From Lama glama (taxonomy: Eukaryota), in contig CM052816.1 of NCBI GenBank assembly GCA_028534125.1, forward strand, positions 41,108,001-41,172,000: a stretch of DNA of 64,000 nucleotides, in the 5' to 3' direction. The notes under the pieces were generated by a model. It was not told where the DNA came from. It was given only the letters and a program-made list of their open reading frames with translations, and ran no database searches. The position numbers were made by a program, and so were the translations under genes. Each line of letters opens with the position of its first letter. Position 1 is the first letter of the stretch. Of this stretch, positions 13,670 to 26,359 are shown piece after piece.

Positions 13670-14939
13670 TAACAATAGAAACATAAGCAGAATTGAGGGC
13701 CCAGAAATAAATCCATGCATATATTGTCAACTAATATTTAACAAGGGAGCCAATAATCCTCAATGAAGAAAAGACTATCTCTTGAATAAATTGTGCTGGG
13801 CAAATTGGATACTCACATGGAAAAGAATAAAACTAGACTCCTATATTACAATACTCACAAAAATTAACTAAGTGAATTAAAGACTTAAATGTAAAACTGA
13901 AAACCATAGAATTCCTAGAAGAAAACATAGGAAAAAAGATCCTTGACATGGGTCTTAGCAGTAACTTTTTGCATATGACACCAAAAGCACAAGTAAGAAA
14001 AGCAAAAATAAGTAAGCTAGACTACATCAAACTAAAAAGCTTTTGCACAACAGAAGAAACAATCAACAAAATGAAAAAAGAACCTATGGAATGGGAAAAA
14101 ATATTTGCAAACCATGTATCTGATTATGGATTAATACCCAAAATATATAAAGAACTCATGTAACTCAATAGCTCCCCTACCCAAAACCCAAAAAATCCAA
14201 TTAAAGAACAGGAAAAGCACCTAAATAGACATTTTTCCAACGAATATAAATGATTAAGAGGTACAGGAAAAGGTGTTCAACATCACTAACCATTAGGGAA
14301 ATGCAAATCTAAACTACGAGATATCCCCTTATACCTGTAAGAATGGCTACCACCAAAAAGACAAGAAATACTAAGTTTTATTGAGGATGTGGAGAAATAA
14401 GAACCCTTGTAGAATTGTTGGTGGGATTGTAAACTGGTAGAGGCAATATGGAAAACAGTATAAAGTTTCCTCCAAAAACTGCCATATTATTCAGCAATTC
14501 CACTTCTGGAAATATATTCAGAGGAAATGAAAACACTATGTTGAAGAGGTATCTGTACCCCCATATTAACAGCAGCATTATCTATTATTACTAAGACAGC
14601 TAAGACATCGAGACAACCTAAATTTCCATCGACAAATGAATGGATAAAGAAGCTGTTATCCAACTTCACAATGGAGTATTATTCAGCCATCAAAAAGAAA
14701 GAAATCCTGTCATTTCCAATAACATGGATGGACCGTGACAGCATTATGCTAAATGAAATAAATCAGACAGAGAAAGACAAACACTGCATGAACGCACTTA
14801 TATGTGGAATCTAAAAAACAAACAAAAATAACAAAAAAGCAAACTCATAGAAAAAAGAGATCAGATTTGTGGTTCCAAGAGGTGAGAGGTAGTGGGTAGG
14901 AGAACTAGATAAAGGTGATGAAAAGGTACAAACTTCCAG
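13670..14939 (+). mobile_element. L1 (L1MA-like) ORF2 3' part and 3'UTR
   Basis: ORF 13948-14163 (TPKAQ...KLDYIKLKSFCT...EWEKIFANHVSD.GLI.KIYKEL) is an L1 ORF2 C-terminal remnant. It is followed by typical 3'UTR sequence (acatggatggaccgtgacagcattatgctaaatgaaataaatcag). Confidence 0.95.
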
Positions 14940-14959
14940 GAGAAAAAGGAACGTAAGTA

Positions 14960-15430
14960 CACATATCACCCATTTTAAAATAAAGAAGCCCCTGTGTGCT
15001 CCTCCCCAGGAAACCAGACTATTAAAGTTATCATTTTGCTGCTTTTGTCTTTAGTTTTATAAACATAACTATATCACTCAACAATTTATCACTTTGTCTT
15101 GCATAATGTTATGTAAGTGTAGTTATTATATACTGCATGAGCTTTTGATTCAACATTATATTTCTGAAAGTCATTGTTTCTACGTAAACTGTAATAGATT
15201 GATTTTCATTGCCGTATAATAATCCAGTATTCCTTCAAAGGGCCTTGAGTTACTCCAGCCTTCAGTTAATATTAACAGCACTATCAGAAACATACTTCTA
15301 TGTGTTGCCTGGTGCACATGCAACACTTCTTCTAGGACACATGCCTAAGAGAAGTGTTGCAGGGTTATGGGGAATTCACTTCTTTACGTTGTTGGATAAT
15401 TGTTCTCTAAGCCGGTTATTCAAATTTCTC
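14960..15430 (-). mobile_element. Old L1ME-like 3' fragment
   Basis: ttcaacattatatttctgaaa...ggacacatgcctaagagaagtgttgcagggttatggg resembles an antisense L1ME 3'UTR. Confidence 0.55.
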
Positions 15431-16137
15431 TCTCTTTAAGACCTGTACTGCAGTCATCAGGGTAGAAAAAGCCTCAGGCACTCAGGTAGAGAGGGAAAGG
15501 TAGATACACACTAGAAAACATTTAAAAGGCTGGTTGAACGGAGCCCTGATTACATACATTTAAAGAGATCACTCCATTTGCCCAGGAAAATATTTAGTAT
15601 TCACAAGAGAGGTTACACTGAAGATCTCTAAAGCAGGTTCTGTGTTTGTTCAGAGTAGGAAAACATTAGCAATCTCTTTGTTAAGTTAAATGTTCACCTT
15701 TTAGGATGTATGACATGTGGCTTATGGAGTGGCAGCTTTCATCACATATTTATACCTATATACTTACTATGCTACAGACACACCTCCCCAGAGATTGAGA
15801 GAGACCCTTGACAGGGAGAGACAGGGAAGAGAGGCCTTCCTGATGAGCACAGGTTAATGATACAGCATTTTTTACATATACTATAAAGTATATAGTTGAA
15901 GTTGTTTAGCACTTCACAAATATGTTAGAAAATGTGTACCTTAAAAGACATGTTCAAATAGCATTTGCTATCCTGAAGGGAAAAATCTCGGCCATCTAGA
16001 AAGTAGGTATCTTCCCATTAACATACTGTAGCACTAAATTAATTTAGAAGTCATTTTAGAGGAGGGTGAAAGACCTCGGACTCCTGATGTTGCCCTATGT
16101 GGGGTTTGGATCTTTCCTGTGTGACAGGCATCACAGC

Positions 16138-16238
16138 GGAGAGGGTAAAGCTCAGTGGGAGAGCGCATGCTCAGCAGGCACGAACTCGTGGGTTCAATCC
16201 CCAGTACCTCCATTAAAAAAAACAAAACAAAACAAAAA
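16138..16238 (+). mobile_element. Camelid tRNA-derived SINE, short form
   Basis: gagggtaaagctcagtgggagagcgcatgctcagc...gggttcaatccccagtacctccatt plus A/(caaaa) tail. Imperfect TSD agg(c)atcacag. Lacks the second cctaattacc module. Confidence 0.88.
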
Positions 16239-19200
16239 GGATCACAGAGGGCTGCACACAGAATAAAACGGCTGTAGTATGAAATGGAGTATCAACTAAG
16301 CATTTTTTAATTTGTTCTGTTATCTCCCTTTTGCCTACCTATGAAACTGGGTGGTTCCTGAATTAGGCCAAAGAAATAGGGCTTAGGAAACACAAGGATC
16401 CTTTCCACATGTGGTGTCAGAGTGTAAATACAGTGAGGAAGGAGCTTGTGAATGTTGGCCTTTTGTAGATCAAGCAGTCAGTGGCCAGGGAATGGACCAG
16501 AGATGCCAATGTTAGTTGCTAATGGTCTGTGTATGAAATGGTTTTAGCCGGATCACCTCAACTATTGCCTAAGTATTTATATTGCATGATTTAACAAATG
16601 CAACCTTCCTGAATACAAAATAATTCTGATAAATCTAATATACTAAGTTAAATACTTTGAATTTAAAGTTTTCTTAGATATTTCAATACTAAGAAAAATG
16701 TAGTAAGATTTCATCTCAAAATCAAAGCCTAAATTGATTATTTACATCACTGTTGGGATTTTCAGAACTGTAGCTACAAGACCTTTTGAATGGATGTTTT
16801 CTCATTCCTTTATATTCTTAGGACCATGTAACTCTTAAGGATACTTAATATTTTATCAGAGTGAATTTTCTCCGTCTCACTTGTTACCTGCCTCTACATC
16901 ACATGTGTGTATATGGGGAGGGAGGCTGTGTGTGCACTTTAACTGGTCTTTCCCATGATTCAGAAAATACCACATAACTGAGTTAATAGGTACAGTTTCT
17001 ATTTTCTTCATTGATGCAATAAAATAGACCAGATGAATAAAATGACTGTTCCAGAATGTTATGTGATTCATGGCTTTTTAGATTAAACGTGTTTCAGAGG
17101 ACCATAGCCATTGTTCTTCTTTTGATGTTCAAATTTTCACAACTTTGGCCCGAGAGCCCCATTTACTTTGACTTCTGTGACCCTTCCACATGATGCCATT
17201 AGTACTTAAAAGCATCCCTGCTTTCAAGCACAGCATGGTTTTCCAACCTTGTTTATACCTTCCTGCCCCCAACACCCTATCTCCAAAGAAGTCTGGTTCA
17301 TTTGAATGAAAAAATACAGTGACCAGTGAGAATCTGGACACTACGGTGAACCATTTCAGTGAACAAAGACAGAAAAGACATATTCTTCTTATTACAAAGG
17401 CAGGCAGGCATCCATATTGGTATTTCCAATTAAGTTCTAATAGTAAATGGTTCCCGTTTAAATTTTCAATCCTATATTGTATTTGTATCTCTTTAACTCT
17501 AATTCTGTCAAATTAAATCAATTCATTTAAAAGTCGTTACCATTTGCTTTATCTGAAAATCCAAGAAAACAGATCCAAAATTAGATGACATTATAGCAAA
17601 CAATACAATACTGAATAAAGTTCAGAAATTTTCTACATAGTTTCTTCTGTTCTTAGAATGTAGCTCACTAATGATACTTGATGAAATTACTTTTTCTGGA
17701 GCTGCTTTTAATCTCTCATTCTGTCTGATTATGTAAGTATTATTTGATGGTCACTTTGGTTCTTTTATTTTTTTTTTTTAATTTACTTTCACTTTAAAAG
17801 GGTTGGCATTCTTCTAAACCAAAGCCAGACTAAACTACTAGTCTTTTCTTAGCAGGAGAAACATTTCCTTTTCATCTTTGCCGTGATTAAATCTCAGCAA
17901 CTCAACCTTCAAAATTTTGTTTAATGGTTTCCTTTCATTACCATTACCAGGTCCATCTATGATGATTTCCTAGATAGCTACGTATACAGATAGTTATAGG
18001 TACACGATTACTACGTACGGTAAGTACTTGGATAAGCCAGATCTATCCCTTGTTATTTAATTTTTAGTGTCATTAATATCCATGAATGTCCACCTAAGTA
18101 ACTTTTAACTCTACTAATTGCCATCCTGATCTTAAAGCTTTTTGATTTATTTGGCTTCTTTTTCTAAAGCATAAGTTCTTCTTCATTTTATAATCAGTAT
18201 TTTCTTACCAATATATCAAGTCAGGGAGTGTTAAATCAAAGTTTACCAAATGTAAATCCAAATATTCTTTCAATAATACTAGTGGTCTCTAATAAAAATA
18301 TACACACAATCCTAGGATCCCATTTGATTACCAAGAAGTATAGACATTTGATATTTGTATGAAATCTTCTTTTGGCTTATGATCAGAATTCAGACTTTAC
18401 ACTTCATATATAGTTTCAGTGTCTCTTAATTATTAACAAACCTAGAGCAAAACAAACTTCAATTTTTAAGAGGACTTCAGATAAGTACAGACATCCATTA
18501 ACTTATTATATATGGATTCAAATTCCCAAAATGCCAATTAGGGATGTTAGGAAATACAACAAAACTATATCAAATAAACTATAATTGTAAAAACAGCCAT
18601 AAAATGTGTCAGAAATTTTATTTTAAATATTATCCAGAAAATTCAGGTGGAAAAACTTTAATAAATTCATATAACTTCCAGATCATATGAATGAAACCTG
18701 CTAGAACTGATATATAAAATATCCCAGGTTTTACAATTACGGATTTCCATTTCTTTAAGAGGAAACAAATTATTTCCTTTATAAAGCATACTGGCCGGAA
18801 CCTCTAACAGTTCCTCCTATAACAATGAGATCTTCTGGACCCCTGAAACAAACATGTCTTAAAAATAAAAGTCAAAAAAGATGCAAACTTGCAAGTTGAA
18901 ATAGAGCTGATTATAGCTATGTACATTTAAATATAAGCATTGATTCAATGTCTTCAGATAGACAAAGATTTGTCTATTAAAGAGGCATGGTCTTCACTGA
19001 GTATAGGCCATTTTCTAGACTCCAGAACTTGTTCTGGACTTGCATATAGTGCCTGAACATTCTAAACTATTACTTAAAAACTAAGAGACCATAGTGATAA
19101 TACCTCGAGGATCAACTACTTGTTTAGACATTCTGATAAACATTTGTTGGCATCTTCAGAGAAGAGACATCAGGAAGCTTGTAGGACCTTGGTACAAGAG

Positions 19201-19279
19201 TCAAACTGCCCACGAACAACAAACAGGGTTTAGATTTTTATTAATTTTTTTAAAGATTACTGTATTTTTAAAAATAGTT

Positions 19280-19990
19280 TAATTTACTAAGTCAGGCAAG
19301 ATGCTAGATACCACTGAAATAAAGACTAAGACAAAATCATTGCCCTCAAAGAATTTCAGGCCAAATGAAAGAGAGAGAAAAATGAATAAAGATGTACAAA
19401 ACTGCATATTACATTCGATAACCATGGTATAAAAGGGCCTGACATAGAGGGGGGAGAAAAACAGGGAAAGGTTACACAGAAAAGGTGATGCTTAAGCTAA
19501 ACCTTCAAGGATGAACAGCAGAGGAAAGAGAGGAGAGATGAAGAAATTTCCAGGCTAATGAGTTTCTTTGGTTCCAAGTAGCTTAGCAAAGGTAGAACAC
19601 AGTCTAAGTATGAGGCAAGGGCAAAAGGTATGGTTGGCCAGATTATGAAAGGCTTTGAATATCAAGTCAAAGAGGTGTGTAGGAGACAGGGCATCAACTG
19701 TGGTATTTAAACAGGCAAGTGATATATTTGGGTTTTTGATAGAGCCCTTTGGTAGCTCTGTGGAAGATGAATTTTAAAGGGACAAGATTGGAGACAGAGA
19801 CATGAATTATGATTTATTCCAACAGTAGGTGGATCAGTCCGTTAGTGTTTCATCTAAAGAAGACTGCAGGACAAAGAAAATAGGGTAGATTGGAAGAAGC
19901 CAGATTAGTCAAATAGACTGAACTTCAAGATTTGAGCCCTCAAGGTAAGAGAGGAGAACTTTCTGGCTTATGAGGTTGATTTCCATTTAC
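19280..19990 (-). mobile_element. L2 relic
   Basis: ggccagattatgaaaggctttgaatatcaagtcaaagagg...gatatatttgggtttt...tagctctgtggaagatgaatt is a typical antisense L2 pattern. Confidence 0.6.
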
Positions 19991-20084
19991 TGAAGAGTTA
20001 CGGAGGGAAGACCAAGGTGGAATAGCTCTGCTGTTGTTCTTTCTTTTGTTTGTTATTTTTGTTTGCTCTCAGAGTGCAAGTAGA

Positions 20085-20415
20085 GGGAAAATGTTAACTT
20101 TACTGGTAACCAGTAGTCGGTCAAAAATGTGTACAATCGGGATGCTTTTCAAAATACTTGACATTCACTTTAGCAGGAGCGTCCACTGAGGCCAGCTGGG
20201 GAGGAGGTGCTAGTGCAGAGTCCGAGAGCCACCCTCCTGGGTCAGGTGTCTGGTCTTTAGTTTCTCAGCTGTAGAAGACGTGGGGCAGCACGGTGTGAGG
20301 AAGGGGTGTGGTAGCAGGGCTCAGGCAGTGACTATTAACTGACTGGTATAGAAGTATTTCAACATTTTAACAACTAGCATGTCCATAGGATGAACACAAC
20401 CTAAATATTATCCAT
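20085..20415. mobile_element. Possible hAT (Tip100/ORSL-like) DNA transposon relic
   Basis: gaagtatttcaacattttaacaactagcatgtcc...ctaaatattatcc resembles recalled hAT-Tip100 subterminal sequence. Weak match. Confidence 0.35.
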
Positions 20416-21129
20416 GATTAAAGTCAGGAAATAGATGGCAAAATTCAAAAATCTGCAGTTCTTTCCATACTTTAAAATATAGAGGTAGAATATATCTTTG
20501 GTGGAGAATGTTCTTTTGAATGGGGGTACTTTAATATTATTTTATTTATGCAAGGTGAATCTCAGGTTCAGGGCCTAGCCTGAAAGGTAGAGATTGAGAA
20601 AAAAGAAAAAGAAAATGCTTTCAGTAATAAAGCAAAAGACTTTCTCATGTATTGCATAGAGGACATTTTGCCCAAAACAGGTATTTTGATACCAGGAGAT
20701 TTTTAGCCTTTTCTAAGAGTCAATGAAGCAAGAACTTAAATAGGATGAGAGGGTCCAGGCAGCATGGTGCCTGCTCAGACCTGAGGAGAGAACAGCCAGT
20801 AAGGGGCGCCAGTGAACAGCAGGGTGAGTGTCAAGTACGATGGGAAGGGGCCTGGACACAGCTACAAAATACAGAGAAGCAGGAATCCAGCAGCCAAAGT
20901 TAACAGAGCACAAGTTGACAACACATAGTGAGTGCCAATTTAAGTTCCTTCTGAGGATATTTAGAATGACTCTGACTCAGGGAGGGATGAGCCTCCTCAA
21001 GTCAGACGGGAGGAAGGTGGAGCCTATAGGTAAGTGGGTATGAAACAGGAGGTAGAGAAAAATTGGCAACTTCAGAAAACCTTGGGTAACACACAGATCC
21101 AGTATTTAAGAAACTGTGAGATTTATAGG

Positions 21130-21800
21130 CTTCGGGATTTTTGTCTAAGAGGTACTTCATTATTCTAGATGGTTTGATGATTTAGAGTTCATAGAATTAG
21201 GAGGACTGAGGACAAAATTCTATAGGACACTAACATCTACAGAACAGATGGAGGGAGAGGCACTTTTAAGGAAAACTAAGGAGTGGGTCTAAAACGTAGA
21301 AGAACTAGAAGAATGAATTTTGAAGAAACTAAGTAAAGAAAGATGTTTAAAGTGTATGTGTTCAGGATAAGTTAATTAAGGTAGAACTGAAAAGAATCAA
21401 TGCCATTTGGTGATCAGAGAGGAGAGCTATATGGAGTCAATGTGGAAGGATTCTCAGTGCAGTAGTGGTAGCACTGTCTATCCTTACTAAGTTAAGAAAG
21501 GGTGGAAAGGAAAATTCAAGAGCCGAGTTAGACCACACTCTTGCTAAATGAATGTATAAAGAAGGAATGATGGAAGAAAAGAGCTAAAGAAATTACGGGA
21601 TTAAGGGAGATATTTCTCTTAATATGAGATCGAACTAAACATGCTTATATGATGGAAGGAGGTATGAAGGAAGAAGAGATAAAGGAAGAGAGATGGGGAG
21701 AAAGAGAGTAATAGAAGGTCTCGGAAGAGATAGGGAGTCACAGCAATCCAAACACAGTTAAGGAGATAGCACAGAGCAGAAAAAAAGTAATCTTCTATTA
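21130..21800 (-). mobile_element. L2 relic
   Basis: gaggactgaggacaaaattctataggacactaacatctacagaacagatggaggga...aggataagttaattaaggtagaactgaaaaga. Confidence 0.55.
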
Positions 21801-23794
21801 CTGAAATCCTTGTCTCTATCTCCTTTTTCAGAGCTGGAAAATTCAGAGCACTGAAATAAATGAGAGGTGATATGTGACAGACTGCAATAGCATAGCTCTC
21901 AATAAGTTGTCGTGTAATAATAACTAAAGTCCTCTTGCACAATTTAAAAAACAGCTCTTGGTATCTAAGGTAATGCTTAGAAGAGTTTGGATAGAAAGAG
22001 TTATTCCTTCAGGCTGCTGTGAAGAGAAAACTAAGTGTCTCATAAAGAAAAATAGCTTTAAAAGAAGCTCATTGATCTCTGTAAGGGGGCCCTTATAGCG
22101 GGGGGGGGGGCTGTTTTTTTTTTTCAGGAGTTTAGCAGTTACCAAAACAACAAGGCAAATGCCTGAAGTGCATATAAGTCGGTTTATAAATAGCTGAATC
22201 ATATCATGAACAAGCAGCTTATCAAAGTAGGTAAGACAGCGTATTCTGAAACCAGACTGCCTAGGACTGAATCCCTTTTCTTCAGCAAAATTACTTCATC
22301 TAAGTCTCAGTGCTTTCCTCTGAAATAAAGGAATAAAAGTTATAACAACAGTATTACTCATTTCATAAAATAGTTCAGAGGTCTCAGTGTGCACATGTGT
22401 ATGTGTACTTATAAATGCATTTGGAGCGGCTAAAAATGCAACTGGAGTAGCTAAAACATTTATTTCTTCCCGGACCTAGTCAGCTTCCTCACTGGAATAT
22501 TCAAGAATCAGCTAGAAGACAAAATTACCACTGCTAGAATTCATTAAACCTCTAGGATTTTGAGATTTCTATAATCTACAAGTTAAAGATAGAAAAAAAT
22601 GCAGCAGTATTTGTTTAACCCAAGACAAGCGGTAAGTAAATAAACCCAAAGCCTCTAGAACACCTACCTGCTTGACCAACATCAGAACTTGAAAAATCAA
22701 CTTAGATTTAGTGTGTGTGTGTAGGTGTGTATGTACACGTGTTACAGCAAATACCACTTACAGAAATTTGAACAGCAGGTGCCTGTTACTAAAGTCAGTT
22801 ACTGACAGTTTGTAATGCACCTGGCTGAACTCCTCTGTGGTAAACAGCCACTGGAAATATGGAAATGCAGTTATAAATCTCCATGGAGACCTATGAAGCT
22901 CATAGATGGATACAGAGCAGAGATGCATATTCCAAATAGGTGACATTCTGGTAATACATTCTTTTAAAAGTGACATCAAGAAAGGGAGACCTTTACTGGC
23001 TCTGTCTTGGAAGGTCAGTGCAGTGCTTGGGGGTTCACTGAACTCTATCCTGTTGAACTTTTAACCTTCATTGATCTAAAATTCTTGTTCTGAAAAAAAA
23101 AAGTCGCCTTTCTCTTATAAATTCCTCAAGGAGAAACAGACATGCAGTCATAAATTATTGATTCTCTGCCTTTTTAAAAACGGAAAAAGTACTTTGTACA
23201 ATGTCTGCAACCTGATTATTTTTTAATCTTTTCCCCACACAGTATTTCAGAATTATTATACTACAATGAGATTAGGAACTCTTTTCATAAAACTAATGGA
23301 GATCCAGGGGTGATGGGGAAGAGCTGACTGATTTGGTAAAGAATTCACTTTTTTAATTCATGTCAAAGCTACAGTCTCATGACAGTTGTCAAATGTCAGT
23401 TGACCCAAAAGTTCTCAATTACTTCCAATGAAAATGGCCAACTGAAGTGAAACATGGGTTTGTAGACAAATCCATTGGTTTGAACCAAGAGCCAATGAAC
23501 CACAATTTTCATCTTATGATGGGGCACTGACACCTAATAAAATGTAAATATACTTTAATATCATGAAAAAAAAAGATGGGACACTTAGTGTATTTTCAAG
23601 TTTATGAAACAAATTCCTAACCCCATAGGACACATGAGACCCTGAATAAGAATATGTGGTTGGTCTCTGTCCAATATATGCCTGTATCTGGAAAGAAAGA
23701 ATAATGTGGTTTTCAACTAAAATTTCTCTAACTCATCCTTAATCTCTGGTCTCACTGAAATGGGTAAAGCATGCCGTCTTTACCCAAAAGCAAA

Positions 23795-24650
23795 TAGGAG
23801 AGAAACATTTGCAAATCATTTATCAAATTAAGAGTCCAGTATCTAGAACATATGAAGAACTCTAAAAACTCAAGGAAAAGACAAAAAAATTAAAAGGCAG
23901 AAAAGACTTTAATAGACATTTCTCCAAAGAAAATATAGTAATGGCCAATAAAACAAGATGCTCAACATCATTAATAACCAGGGAAATGAAAATCAAAACC
24001 ACAGTGAAATACTATTTCACACCCACTAGGATGGATATAACTTAGAAAATGTTGGTTAAGATGTAGAGAAATTTAAACTCTGCTCCACTGCTGTTGGGAA
24101 CATAAAATGGTTCAGCCACCATGCAAAAAGTTTGGCAGGTCCTTAAAAATCTGAAACATTGAACATGTGGCCCTGCAATTCCACTCCTAGGTATACACCA
24201 GAAAGAGCTAAAACAGGTACTCAAACAAACGTATATACATACATCCACAGAAATAATAGTCACAATAGCCGAAAGCTGGAAATCACCCAAATGTCTACCA
24301 ATGGATGAATGCACAGACAAAAACCAGATACAAAAGGTTGCATATTGTACAGTTTCATAAATGTATTTTATAACATATAGACTATATTTTATACATATAT
24401 CAACTCTCCAGAATGAGTAAATCCATAGAGTCAGAAAGCAGAATAATGGTTGTTGGGGTCTGGGCAGGGGCAGGAGCTAGGCAATGAGGAGTAACTACAT
24501 GATATGGACAGGGTTTCCTTTTCAGTAAAGAAAATGTTTTAAAACTAGATAGAGGTGGTAGTTGCACAACAATGTGAAAGTACTGAAGGCCTCTGAAGTG
24601 TTGACTATGATTCATTTTATGTTACATGAATTTCACTTCAGTAAATAAAA
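23795..24650 (+). mobile_element. L1MB-like 3' end with internal deletion
   Basis: agaaacatttgcaaatcatttatc...agacatttctccaaagaa...gcaattccactcctaggtata...atggacagggtttccttt...gaatttcacttcagtaaataaaa. Confidence 0.9.
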
Positions 24651-24744
24651 TGTCAGGGAGCACCCCTGTATGTGCTTTGACTTAATCTCTTTTCCTTTTT
24701 CAAGAATTATTTCTTCACTTTCTGTATCTTCAACCTCATTTTCT

Positions 24745-25345
24745 CATTTTTTAACAGTTGTATTCAGACATAACTTACATAATATAAAATTCACCCATTT
24801 GAAGTACACAATACAATGGTTTTTAGCATATTCATACAGTTTTACAACCATCATCACAATCTAATTTTAGAACCTTTTCCCAACTTATTAGCAGTCATCC
24901 CTCAACCCTAGATAACTACTAAGGTACTTTCTATGTCTATGAATTTGCCTATTCTGGACAGTTTAAATAAAGAGAATCATACAAGATGTGGCCTTTCGTG
25001 CCTGGCTTCTTTCCCTTACAGCATAAAGCTTTCATGATTCATCCACGCTTTGCAGGTATCAATACTTCATTCCCTTTATAGCTAAAGAATTTTGCATGGT
25101 ATAAATGCCACATTTTGTTTACGCATTCATCAGTTGATGGACATTTGGATTGCTTCCACTTTTTGTCTATTATGAATAATACTGCTATGAACATTCATGT
25201 GTAAATTTTGGTGTGGACATAAGTTTTTGTTTTTCTTGAGGGTATATCTAGGAGTGAAATTGCTGGATCATAAGGTAATTCAAACATTTTAAGGAACTGC
25301 TAAACTCTTCTACCATGGCTACCCCATTTTACATTTCTCAGTTTA
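24745..25345 (-). mobile_element. L1MB-like 3' end (antisense)
   Basis: ataaaattcacccatttgaagtacacaat...atttgcctattctggaca...gatggacatttggattgcttccac...ctaggagtgaaattgctggatcata. Confidence 0.9.
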
Positions 25346-25401
25346 ATGTAATTTACATTCTTTCTTCGTAATCTAACTTTTGCATTTAAAATCACTGAGT
25401 A

Positions 25402-25854
25402 TAAAAAAGAATAGAATAATGTCATTTGCAGCAACATGGATGGACCTAGAGATCATCATTCTAAGTGAACTAAGCAGAAAGAGAAAGAAAAATACTATAT
25501 ATCACTCATACATGAAATCTAAAAAAAAAAAAGGACACCATGGAACTCATCTACAAAACAGAAACAGACTTGTAGACTTAGTAAACAATCTTATGGTTAC
25601 TGGGGAAAGACAGTGCGAAGGGACAAATTTGGGAGTTAGATTTACAAATGTTAGCCACTGTCTATAAAAATAGATTTTTTAAAAAGTTTCTTTTGTATAC
25701 CACCAGGAACTATGTTCAACATCTTGTAAAAACTTTTAATGGAAAAAAATATGAAAATGAATATATGTATGCACATGCATGACTGGGACATTGTGCTGTA
25801 CACCAGAGATTGACACATTGTAATTGACCGTACTTCATTTAAAAAAAAAAAAAA
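25402..25854 (+). mobile_element. Younger 5'-truncated L1 3' end with poly(A) and TSD
   Basis: aatgtcatttgcagcaacatggatggacctagagatcatcattctaagtgaa..., with a 14-A tail at 25841-25854. Imperfect TSD aaaatcactgagta (25388-25401) / aaagtcagtgagta (25852-25865). Confidence 0.92.
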
Positions 25855-25929
25855 GTCAGTGAGTAGATTTTCTCCTACCCTTCCTTCTTAGGGTGGCACC
25901 TAGATTCCATGGAATTGGAGGGAAGTAAT

Positions 25930-26359
25930 AGCACGACGCCAACTAAACATGTCACTTGCCACCCAGTTCTAGGAGAGTTATTAGTCACGGCAGGCGCTGA
26001 CCTTCAGCACACCCTGAAATGACTCTGGGGCAGAATGAAGCGTTTTGTCCTCTGGGGAACTGGCAAAACAGGCCTTCAGATAATTAAATATTTTCAGGAG
26101 AAAATTTTACATTCCCTAATTCTTGCATCTTCCCATACTTAGAAAAGCACTACATTCATTAACTAAGATGCCTGTTCCTTGTGACTAGCAGCAACCTTCT
26201 GAGATGTGTGCTTGATTACATATACTCCCTTCGGCGACATCACATCTATACTGACCTTGCCCTAACCTCTTCAGAACAGCTTCTCAGAGCTATCTGAGAC
26301 GCTGTCTCCTGCACAGCTTTTATGCTTATGCGTTTTGTTGTTTTTTTTTTCAGTTGACA
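25930..26359 (+). mobile_element. ERV1-like LTR (probably solo or partial)
   Basis: tatactgaccttgccctaacctcttcagaacagcttctcagagctatctgagacgctgtctcc and terminus ...tttttcagttgaca are typical of ERV1 LTR R/U5 ends. The 5' boundary is unclear. Confidence 0.65.
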
